Source of the DNA: a virus
DNA length: 64,000 bases
Direction: 5' to 3' (one strand)
Virus record (IMG/VR): IMGVR_UViG_3300035670_000014
Location: 96,001-160,000 of that record
A program made the position numbers and the translations under genes. The notes beneath the pieces were generated by a model. It was not told where the DNA came from. It did not search any database and saw nothing but the letters and a program-made list of their open reading frames with translations. Position 1 is the first letter of the stretch. The number at the start of each line of letters is the position of its first letter. Of this stretch, positions 38,105 to 46,965 are shown piece by piece.

Positions 38105-39022
38105 AAATAAAAAACCCCTTTCGGGGTAGTTTACGCTTATTGCAACTCACTTCCGGTTTCATCACCGGCTGGACCCTTCACCTTTACTACCAGCCCTATG
38201 ATAGGGTATAGTTGCGACCGAAAGGTCGCAGCTGGTCGCTTCCGCGCGAATAGCGCCGCAGTCAACTATCCACCGGTTTGCACCCCGATGGTAGTCCTGC
38301 TAATATGAGTCTAGGTGACTCACAATAAGGGACCCGAAGGGTCCCTGCAGCTAAAACAACGTAAGAAAAAAGCCCAATCTTGCGACTGAGCTTAATCCCC
38401 ACCTTCGGTGTATGTTTCGTGGTCTCATCACTCCAACCGCCACTTTCAGCGGGCCTTGGCAGGCGACGTGTTTCGGTTGTTCCTTGCCTAAGGGAAGCCT
38501 AGGTCATAATCTTGACCAATAGAAAAACCCCGAAGGGGTGCATGTCTTTATAAGAAAAATACCCAACCTGCAGATTGAGTAAATTTCCGAAGAGTGGCCA
38601 CTCTTCTACCCGAATACCAGAGCCTCTGGTGTTCCCCTCGGGTCAGGGGGGCTTTGACATGCCAAAATTATTCTCCCCAAGTTGTCAGCTTGGGGACCCA
38701 GTTGTCGCTGGGATGGGGACTTCGCTCCCTGGGGTGACAGCCTCCCCTTGGGTTCGTATGCACGGTATCAGCGTGCTTAGATACGAAGAACATACCATGG
38801 TACCCGAAGGGTACCTGCAGTAAAAGCGGCGTATACAAATCTTTTCTTCTAGAAAAAAATACCCGCCTAGCGGAGTTCCAATAGTCAAACTATAAGTCTA
38901 ACTACAAAGGAAAAGAGAACCCCTGCTCGCACCGCCACCTCCAATGGGAGATGACAGACACGACAGGGGGAGGTTCGCTGCGCTAGACTAGGCAGGCCTC
39001 ATGTGGCGGGGGGACCACACTC
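38105..39022 (-). ncRNA. Four tandem ORF-less structured transcription units (~38105-38321, 38365-38517, 38553-38791, 38852-39022)
   Basis: Each starts after a GAA hairpin and ends in a hairpin plus U-tract; dense stem-loops. Confidence 0.6.
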
Positions 39023-39125
39023 ACAAGAAGGCACCCGAAGGGTGCCTGCAAGTGTGTCCGAATGTCCGGCCGGCAGGGTGTCCGGCAGGGTGTGCGGAGC
39101 CCGCGAAGCGGGCAAGCTAGCGGAG

Positions 39126-42100
39126 TTATTCCTTGAAGAACTTCTCCACGTACTTCTTGGCCGCAAGCTTGACTTTTGGCAGATTTGCAACCTTACACAG
39201 AAGCTGGCCAAGGTGATTCTCACCTTTACCCTTACACTTACCCCAGAAGGTATCACCCCAGTGGTTATTTTCCACAGGAGTAACTTTGCCGCCCGAAGTT
39301 GCAGCGTAAAGGCGAAAAGCCAAATACATTCCTTCTGGAGTATCTGCTTGGTCAGCAAACTTAGACTCCAGGATGCAGTACATGACATCTAACCTTAAAG
39401 CCTCCCAGGTTGCCATTGCATCAGGTGAAGAAGGCTTAAAGTCCTTAGCCTTCTTCTTTGCCGTGTACCCGTTGTCAGTAGGAAGAATAGTGTTTTCTTC
39501 TTGATTGAGAATATTACACTTAATCCACTGATACAAGGTCTCACTTGAGGCAAAGACAACACCATCTGCCACTACGGAGCACGGATACATGTTAGACATA
39601 AACTCAAAGTCCTTAGACTTAAAGTTATCAGTCTCACTGATTACCAGTTGTCCATAGTGGCTCTTTCGAGCTGAAGGCTCGTGCTCGGTCGACTTATTTG
39701 CCAGCTTCAACAAGATGTCACCGTGACACTTCTTGGGTGCACACCAGCACACTAAGTCCTTGCCTTTCAATTCATGCAAAGATTTCATGAGTTCTGGTTG
39801 TTGTACTACCCAGTCAGCGTACTTCTCCACAGCTTCGTCTCGCGTCTGACACTTCCACTTGGCTGATGTTTCAGCCTGGTGGCTAAATGGATTACCCCAC
39901 TTAGTAGGGCGTCCAATGTAGACTGCGGTTTCGGGAGCCGTGTTGGCATGCTTGTTGTGCACCACTGGCAAGCCAGGAGGAGTCGGAGGCGTGTCATTAA
40001 CAACACCAACCAAAGACACATGACGAGCATTCTTCTTGCCCAAGGCAAGATACTTGTCATAGGTGTCCTTAACACCTCCAATTGGTCCGTTCTCCCCAAA
40101 GGTAAAGGCAATCAAGAAGTCCGAATCTTCCGCAATCAGAGTATTGCGATCAAACAGGCCCTTGATCTCTCCACTCTGGAAAGTTACCTGGTGCCGCTCA
40201 TCCCGAGGATCATTCCAGTAGGTATTAACCATTGCCTGGATGTCCTCAAGAGACCAGGACTGGCTTTCGCCGTCAGTCATGGCAAGGCTAAACTGCCGGT
40301 GATACTTATTCATGGCATCACCTGCGTCGTTTGCCTCTTTGACAGTAAAGGCATTATTCTCAAACTCAGCACCAAGGTGCAAAGTAAGAGCTTCAACCTC
40401 TGCGCCCATGAGGAGGGATATTGCAACATGGTCAGACCAAGCCGCACCTCCACTGACAAGACGAATCGCCTCGGCACCAGTTGCAGCCTTAATTGCTGCA
40501 ACAGCCTTCTTGGTGCGCTCAACCATGAACAAGAAATGTTCTTTGGTCAAGTTCTCACCGCGGCCAGCGGTGCCAATAACACCCAGAGTCACCGTCTTCT
40601 CAGGCAAACGGTAGTAGCCGTCGATGTCCTCGGTGCGATTATCGCCATCGCCGTCAAAAGTGACGACATAACGACTCTCATCGTTCCCAAGGAAGCTGAT
40701 ACCAGAGTAACCAGCTGCCTTCACTCGTGTGAAGAAGGCGTTGCTGTTGTCCCCTGGATTCAGCAGGTCGAACGGCTTACCAGTCTCCCGGTAGTGCTCA
40801 GACCGCAGCTGCTCGTAGGCCGCCCTTCCATCCTTGGACAGTCTAACCAAGAAGTTGGTAAGGTCAACCTTACGGGAGTCAATCTGACTTCCATAGGTCT
40901 TTGCCTCCTCCTTGTCCTCGGTCCAGTACTGGAATTCACGTCCATCGCTCCTACCATGAAGACCCTGATAGACAGTGACCTCAGCAGCAACTTCTGGTTC
41001 GACTTCTACTTCTGCTGGCCCTGGCTCAGGATCAGAGCCACTACAGAAGTCAAGAGACAGCTGATAGCGGTAGGAGTGACAGCCACTTCCATCTTCATCT
41101 CCGTAGAACCAGAACAAAAGAGGCTCTGAGAAATGGTGCAGGAAGTGCTCCATGAAAGCTTCATCCATGTCCCCTTGTTCCTCGAAGTACCCTACCTCAA
41201 TGTAGAGGCCAGTATAGCCTCTCTTCTTGAGGTACAGGAAGAATTCACCATCAGACTTCAGGTCCTCAATGAAGTCTTCACGAGTCTGCAGTGACTTAAC
41301 ATCAAGGCAGTACTCGATGTGGATCTTGAGGAGCTGACGAAGGCTGCTGGGCGACTCAATGACCAGCATAGCCGACCTATCAAAGACTCTATAGTCTCCG
41401 ACGCCTGCCATGGAAGCTTGACTAGCAAGCCAGGTCGAGAAGTCCTCTTCCTCTTCCTCATCCCCCTCGTAGTACTTAGACGCAAGGATAAGGTTTGGAT
41501 CAGGATCTGTAAATGGATGCCTATAAGTAGGCACTTCCACTTCAGGTTCCGCCTTCACCTCAGTCTTGATCTCGACTACCTCAGACTCGACAACCTCAGG
41601 CTTAGCCTCGACAACTTCAGCCTCGATCACCTCACTGTAAGTGAAGTCCTCGACTGCCACATCTTCGAGACCATCGAAGTCGTAGTTGTCGAAGTCCACA
41701 TCAGTGTGATAGCCGATGGGGCCTGAGGTGTAGTCCACCTGCTCAACCGAAGGAGCGAACTCCGACAGGTCCAGCTTGCCGAGAGGAGAAACCTCGCCCT
41801 CAAATGCAACCGTGACCTTAAAGGTCGGGTGCAGAACCTGCACCGCTGGGTTGCTTGCCTTGGTATTCCCGGTCACATCAGTTTCGATGCTGATGACACG
41901 GTACTTGTCAAGGCCCTTGTGGGAGATAAACTCCTCAAGCAGCTCGGGGGTGACGACCTTCGTGTCTTTGAAGAAATCCCTGAAGGCCGTGTTGATCAAG
42001 GTTGTAGCACCCCTCTCAACCCTCAGCTTGCCAAGGAAATTCTCACCCTTGGTCTTGAGGATTCCACCACGCAGAACGTCACTCAGAAGCTGACCAACAA

Positions 42101-45100
42101 CCTCAGAGTTGATCTGAGAAGCAACCTCAGAATCAAGCACGAAGGCATCGCCAAACTCTGACTTCCGCTTGACCATCGGGGTCTTGATGTCAAGTCCCAA
42201 CTCAGCCACGTCAGGCCCCTTGCCATTGATGAAGGCAAAGTAGGCCTTCCCGAAGTCCTTATACTCGTCGTTAAACGAGAAACCAAGGACAACGGTGCTC
42301 TGAGGAGCGGAAGCGCCCAGGACATTCAGGGCCTTGAGCGAGTAGACCCAAGGACCCTCAGGCAGGCCGTCAGCAGACATGACCGGCGTCCCGTCCTCAT
42401 TCAGGTAGTTGCCCACATACAGAGTGTGGATGGGCAGCTTGTCAACCTGAATTGAACCGAAGCTCCGGCGGCCGCTCTTGATGAACTGCTCGCAGGAAAG
42501 CGCCCGCTCAGGATTGGCCTGGTCAGTCTTGAACGCGTTCGCACGCTTGACCAGCTGGAGGAAGGTCCAGAGGGCAAAGCGCAGCTTGCCAGACTCATTC
42601 CAGGCATGCCACTCCTTGAGCCAGGCCTGCTCGACAGCTGCCCTTGCACGGATTCGGCTCTTCTTGTCAAGAGGAAGAGCTTCAACCTGGGCAATCTTGT
42701 CGAATCGACCCCTGTTCAAGCGAGAGCAGAAGTCTGCAAAACCTGCAATCTCTGCCTCGTGGGTGCCAAGGGCAGCCTCAAGCTGAAGCCAGGGTGACTC
42801 CTCAAGAGTCTGCTCGACCTGCTCGAAGGCGATCCGCAACACGGAATCCTTGTACTTCTCGAACAAGTCAAAGACCCATGAAGTAGCACGCTCAACCTTC
42901 ACGTTCTTGAACGCAAAGTGCAGTGCCTTGATGCCCTGACCGGTCGCAGCATCACCCTCCTGAAGGAGCTGACTCTGCCCAGCAAAAGGAGCCGCAAAGG
43001 CCGCAATGCCACGCTTCATCAGCCAGCCAGGGAAGTAGAACTTCATCTGGCTTGCAGGCAGCATGTGCATGCTGTACGAGACGGTAGTTTCACCCTCGTA
43101 CTTTTCGACCTTCTTGCTCGGGTCGCCGAACAGAGCAAGGCCCATGTACATGGAAACAGACCAGATCATCTGCATGACCTTTACTGCCTCCGGCACATTC
43201 TGACCCTGAGTGTCGGCGTCGATGACGTTCGACAGCATCTCTGACATGGTCAGCAAGATGAGGTCGAGGTAGGTCAAGGACTTCCACTCACCGTTCGGGT
43301 CAAGGCCATCAGACTCAATTACTGACCTGACGTTTGCCCTGAGGTTAAACTTGTCACCAAAGTGAACAAGCCCCTGCATGATGGCACCCATCAGCATCTG
43401 CACGTTAGCTGCAGTACCAGTGGTGCCCTTCATGTTCTCCAGTGCAAAGATTGCACTGTCGACCCTCTCCAGAGGAGAGCTGAACACCCGGAGGTTGCCG
43501 CTCGTGTCAAGTGCACCCTCGGTGAAGTACCTCTCGGCAAACTGCAGCTTCGCCATGTTCATGATGAACGCAGTCAAGCCGACTGGGATAGTCGAAGGGG
43601 GAAGCTTGGCATTCGTTTTACCTTCTGCCTGCTTCCTATTCCTCCGCTCCTCAGCCTTCAGGTGAGCGTTGTTCAGCTCCTTGAGGACGAAGTCGTTGGC
43701 TGCCCTGTCTCCAACAAGGTCACGAACCAAAGCCTCGTCGTCTCCGCCAAAGCCAAAGGAGTACCAGCCTTTGAAGTCAAAGCGGGTATCCAGTGCCATG
43801 TGCCGGAACTGACCGACCTGAGAGTTCAGGAAGTCAAGAGCCACCTTCCTCTTCTCCTCGCCGGGAGTCATGGCAATAATGGCCTGCTTCTTGCGCTCCT
43901 GGAAGCGGATGCAAGACTTGGCCAAGTCGCCGTGAATCTCCGCCATCCGGTCGTCAAGGTCTGCACCGTCCTGTGCCTTGAAGAAGATTTCAAAGGCCTC
44001 AGGAGTTGGCATGACCCAGCGGCACCCGACTGGCACCGAGTCCATTGGGACAAGGATACCCCATGCTCCCGACTTGAAAGTCGAAGGGTTCCGGTAATAG
44101 AACACCAACGGGGAGCCATGCAGACCCATGATCCGGTTGTAATCTGCAGTGTTGCAGAAAATAACCCGGTTGTAATCATAGGTCAAGCCAAGTGGCTTGA
44201 GGTGATTCTCGACCAGAGACTTAATCTGCTCCTCAGATACTGCATTCTTATATGCAGACCAAAGAGCCTTCGTCTCGTCCTTGACGTTGAGCTTCATCAC
44301 CTCAGCTACGGCCTCAAACATCAGGCCAGGGTGCACCTGCGGATACACCGACTCAGCGATCTTGGTATACACCATCTCGCCGTTGGCGTTTGGCATCTTC
44401 AATGCCAAGGGCAGTCGGGTCCTTGCAGGGTCCATTGCCTGATTGGTGAGCTGGTTCATGATTGGCGCTACCAGCTGAGGCAGAGGAATGCCGTTCCCAA
44501 TCACCTTAGCAGTCCCACCGAGGACCTCCTTGAGGCGGCTCGCAGCGAGGAGTGCGTCAGCAACGCCTTCAGGCTCTGACTCATCCCCATCCATGAGGTC
44601 GGTGAAGATCTCAGAGTCAAGCTCTGACATTTCGTTCTTCACTCTCAGGTTGGAGAGAATCTCCTCAAGGCGGGTCGTTGCATCCTCTTCAATCTTCTTG
44701 AAGATGTCAATGACCGCCGGATCCCTCAGGTCAAACCCGTTGATCAGGCTCTGAGTGTCAGTGCAGACACCCTTACGAGCCTTCGGGACACCCGAGTTCA
44801 GGATGATCGTAGCTCGATCATCTGACCAGGTGGGGCAGATTTCACCCTTTGACCCGTAGGCAATCATGTCCTTCCCAGTAGCCTTCATGAACTCTGGAGA
44901 CATGATGTGGAAGCCACCCTTCACCATGAAGTTGGTGAAGTAGGCTCGGCCAATGAGGATCTTCCCATCGAGCTTGCCTGCCTTGAGGTCAGCCAGATAG
45001 TCCTGAGGCAGCACGAGAGCCATGAGGCGGCGAGAGACAAACACCACGCCGTCATAGATCTCATCGGCAAGCATTGCTGCCTTAGCCTTCTCGAACAGGC

Positions 45101-46136
45101 TGTCACCGTTAACTGGCTTGACGACCAGGACAGAGTCCTTAAGAGCATTAAGCTTGAAGGTCTGCCCTTCCAGCTTGTAGCTCTTATTGAACTCAACGAC
45201 CTTGCCACGGAGCAAGTTCGGCGCAAAGTACTGAGAAATGTACTTCTGCGCCTTCGCTGCAGCCTGCACCTGCTTCGCCGGTGAGCCGTCCTCTTTGACC
45301 TTCACTCCATAGACGCAAGAAGCAAGCTTCATTGCTTCGTCGTCAGTTGCCTTAGACAAGGCATCATTGGTCAAGTTGAGGAACAAGCAGGTGGGGTTGA
45401 CATCGGGAGTCTTATCAATTCCCTTGTCGCTCTCCTCCCAGGTCTCCCCAGCGGCCTCAGCTGCCTTCCGCTTCAACTCCCTGAGCTGCTTCTTCTCAGC
45501 CTTCTTGGAGGCCTCGATTCGTCGCTCATAGAGTGAGTCCATCGAGTCTTTGCTGAGAGCATTGACCAGAGAGGTCCTGGCAGCAACCTCGACCTGCTCG
45601 GACCCATAGTTGGTCTGAATCAGGTTGAGTGTTGCCCATGCCTGAGCAAGCTCGCCCGCAGTCAGGTGGCGCAGGTCGCCGTGCTTCTTCAGACAGTCAA
45701 GCGCTCGCTTGACCGTGAAGTAGAAGTCAATGCTTGCGCCTGAGCTTGGAGCCCGGTGCAGGTGATGCAAAGACTTCTGCCAGACATTGACGTCGCCAGG
45801 CTTCACGTTAAACGGCTTAAAGCCGTAAAACTTCTCAAAAGCGGCCATGATTTCTGCCGTCTTCTGAGCATACGGTGCCATGGAGTCAACGTGGACCTTG
45901 TAGGCCACCTTGGCATCTTTCTCGTCAAATCCTGGCCAGTTGAAAAGCTCAGGAGACGTCAGGTTGAGTCCAACCTTATGCCCAAGCAGAACACGGATCA
46001 TTGCCACTGCCGCAGGCAATACGAGGGACTTGTAGTCTTCCTCGTTGCAGCGGATAGCCTCGATGTTCTCAGACTTCAGCGTCTTGAAGAGTTCGAGTGC
46101 CTGGTCATTGGCTACTTCTACTTTCACTTCGCTCAT
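39126..46136 (-). CDS. Two-barrel single-chain RNA polymerase (YonO/QDE-1-like) fused to ART-like, SLOG, DUF4326 and NADAR domains
   Basis: YDGVVFVSRRL, GR...VKG, YRNP, DGADLDD, TGTAAN, SNVIDADTQG; C-terminal GRPTKWGNPF/CWCAPKKCHGD and SN.Y..ENNHWGDTFWG..GENHLG; AGGAGG RBS before ATG 46136. Confidence 0.75.
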   Translation of the reverse strand: MSEVKVEVANDQALELFKTLKSENIEAIRCNEEDYKSLVLPAAVAMIRVLLGHKVGLNLTSPELFNWPGFDEKDAKVAYKVHVDSMAPYAQKTAEIMAAFEKFYGFKPFNVKPGDVNVWQKSLHHLHRAPSSGASIDFYFTVKRALDCLKKHGDLRHLTAGELAQAWATLNLIQTNYGSEQVEVAARTSLVNALSKDSMDSLYERRIEASKKAEKKQLRELKRKAAEAAGETWEESDKGIDKTPDVNPTCLFLNLTNDALSKATDDEAMKLASCVYGVKVKEDGSPAKQVQAAAKAQKYISQYFAPNLLRGKVVEFNKSYKLEGQTFKLNALKDSVLVVKPVNGDSLFEKAKAAMLADEIYDGVVFVSRRLMALVLPQDYLADLKAGKLDGKILIGRAYFTNFMVKGGFHIMSPEFMKATGKDMIAYGSKGEICPTWSDDRATIILNSGVPKARKGVCTDTQSLINGFDLRDPAVIDIFKKIEEDATTRLEEILSNLRVKNEMSELDSEIFTDLMDGDESEPEGVADALLAASRLKEVLGGTAKVIGNGIPLPQLVAPIMNQLTNQAMDPARTRLPLALKMPNANGEMVYTKIAESVYPQVHPGLMFEAVAEVMKLNVKDETKALWSAYKNAVSEEQIKSLVENHLKPLGLTYDYNRVIFCNTADYNRIMGLHGSPLVFYYRNPSTFKSGAWGILVPMDSVPVGCRWVMPTPEAFEIFFKAQDGADLDDRMAEIHGDLAKSCIRFQERKKQAIIAMTPGEEKRKVALDFLNSQVGQFRHMALDTRFDFKGWYSFGFGGDDEALVRDLVGDRAANDFVLKELNNAHLKAEERRNRKQAEGKTNAKLPPSTIPVGLTAFIMNMAKLQFAERYFTEGALDTSGNLRVFSSPLERVDSAIFALENMKGTTGTAANVQMLMGAIMQGLVHFGDKFNLRANVRSVIESDGLDPNGEWKSLTYLDLILLTMSEMLSNVIDADTQGQNVPEAVKVMQMIWSVSMYMGLALFGDPSKKVEKYEGETTVSYSMHMLPASQMKFYFPGWLMKRGIAAFAAPFAGQSQLLQEGDAATGQGIKALHFAFKNVKVERATSWVFDLFEKYKDSVLRIAFEQVEQTLEESPWLQLEAALGTHEAEIAGFADFCSRLNRGRFDKIAQVEALPLDKKSRIRARAAVEQAWLKEWHAWNESGKLRFALWTFLQLVKRANAFKTDQANPERALSCEQFIKSGRRSFGSIQVDKLPIHTLYVGNYLNEDGTPVMSADGLPEGPWVYSLKALNVLGASAPQSTVVLGFSFNDEYKDFGKAYFAFINGKGPDVAELGLDIKTPMVKRKSEFGDAFVLDSEVASQINSEVVGQLLSDVLRGGILKTKGENFLGKLRVERGATTLINTAFRDFFKDTKVVTPELLEEFISHKGLDKYRVISIETDVTGNTKASNPAVQVLHPTFKVTVAFEGEVSPLGKLDLSEFAPSVEQVDYTSGPIGYHTDVDFDNYDFDGLEDVAVEDFTYSEVIEAEVVEAKPEVVESEVVEIKTEVKAEPEVEVPTYRHPFTDPDPNLILASKYYEGDEEEEEDFSTWLASQASMAGVGDYRVFDRSAMLVIESPSSLRQLLKIHIEYCLDVKSLQTREDFIEDLKSDGEFFLYLKKRGYTGLYIEVGYFEEQGDMDEAFMEHFLHHFSEPLLFWFYGDEDGSGCHSYRYQLSLDFCSGSDPEPGPAEVEVEPEVAAEVTVYQGLHGRSDGREFQYWTEDKEEAKTYGSQIDSRKVDLTNFLVRLSKDGRAAYEQLRSEHYRETGKPFDLLNPGDNSNAFFTRVKAAGYSGISFLGNDESRYVVTFDGDGDNRTEDIDGYYRLPEKTVTLGVIGTAGRGENLTKEHFLFMVERTKKAVAAIKAATGAEAIRLVSGGAAWSDHVAISLLMGAEVEALTLHLGAEFENNAFTVKEANDAGDAMNKYHRQFSLAMTDGESQSWSLEDIQAMVNTYWNDPRDERHQVTFQSGEIKGLFDRNTLIAEDSDFLIAFTFGENGPIGGVKDTYDKYLALGKKNARHVSLVGVVNDTPPTPPGLPVVHNKHANTAPETAVYIGRPTKWGNPFSHQAETSAKWKCQTRDEAVEKYADWVVQQPELMKSLHELKGKDLVCWCAPKKCHGDILLKLANKSTEHEPSARKSHYGQLVISETDNFKSKDFEFMSNMYPCSVVADGVVFASSETLYQWIKCNILNQEENTILPTDNGYTAKKKAKDFKPSSPDAMATWEALRLDVMYCILESKFADQADTPEGMYLAFRLYAATSGGKVTPVENNHWGDTFWGKCKGKGENHLGQLLCKVANLPKVKLAAKKYVEKFFKE

Positions 46137-46219
46137 GAGACCCTCCTGGTCTACGTGGGGTTGGTTCCCCTGGTCATTTGCATCCGGCAGACTATCTGCC
46201 TTTTGCACAGTAATAATTG

Positions 46220-46954
46220 TCATGACTTGGCCTTAGGCTCGGCTAAGCAGGGTGACTGCAAACCCTCCGAAGGAGGGTCGGGCCATGCTTGCTCTGTATC
46301 CAGAGCAAGGTAAGCAGCCTCGGCAGCTGCCTGCTCCTCAAGCTGGCAGTCGTGCATCCACTGGTCGAACATTGCCTGAGACCAAGCAAGCTCGTCATCA
46401 TCAGTGAAGTGCCTAGACCTGTCCGCTGCAGCAGGTACTTGCTCGACCCACTTCTCCAAAGCTCGTTCCAGTTCCCATCGCTGGAATTCCAGGTTTGGCC
46501 AGTCATTGCCAAGGAACAGGGAACAGCCCATGGCCGAGGGCAAGCTGGCCATAGAGAAGACCTCAGCCTCCTCCTCAACATGCCACTGATCGTAGCTGTT
46601 AATGGCTTGAGCCCAGCGGATTCGGACCCCGCAGCTCAGAACCTGCCCTTTTTCCTGAGCCTGAGCCCACTCGATCTGCTCTCGCAGCTCCGAGTAGTAC
46701 TCATCCCAGTCGTGCATGGTAGCGTAAGATACGCCACCCACTGCAACCTCAGTGTTGAGGCTGTAGAAGTGCGAATCCTGACGCAACATCTCTGCCGCGA
46801 CCTCGGCTGCTTCCTCAGTAGTTTCCCACTGAGCAAGGAGATCAGGGCACTCGTCCGCCTTACTGGCCTTGAACTTACCCACAATCATAGAGATCATAAG
46901 CTTAAAGTATTTCATTTTATTACCCTCGTGTTGTTTGGTTTGCTGGTTGAGCAA
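46220..46954 (-). CDS. acidic hypothetical protein
   Basis: ORF; likely start MKYFK at 46915 after GAGG. Confidence 0.6.
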   Translation of the reverse strand: MLNQQTKQHEGNKMKYFKLMISMIVGKFKASKADECPDLLAQWETTEEAAEVAAEMLRQDSHFYSLNTEVAVGGVSYATMHDWDEYYSELREQIEWAQAQEKGQVLSCGVRIRWAQAINSYDQWHVEEEAEVFSMASLPSAMGCSLFLGNDWPNLEFQRWELERALEKWVEQVPAAADRSRHFTDDDELAWSQAMFDQWMHDCQLEEQAAAEAAYLALDTEQAWPDPPSEGLQSPCLAEPKAKS

Positions 46955-46965
46955 AGACTGGCTGC

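Larger units (their letters stand above)
32381..39047 (-). promoter_or_regulatory. Cluster of 15 GAA-triloop hairpin promoter-like elements (six more at 6543, 6689, 15413, 23505, 29644, 46270)
   Basis: Loop centres 32389, 33241, 33969, 34579, 34822, 35128, 35413, 36186, 36526, 37694, 38060, 38337, 38533, 38807, 39038. Confidence 0.75.

Noticed and set aside
38412-38433. Hammerhead-like GUGAUGAG...CGAAAC
   Set aside because: The core C3 is G with no compensating change, and flanking stems were not found.
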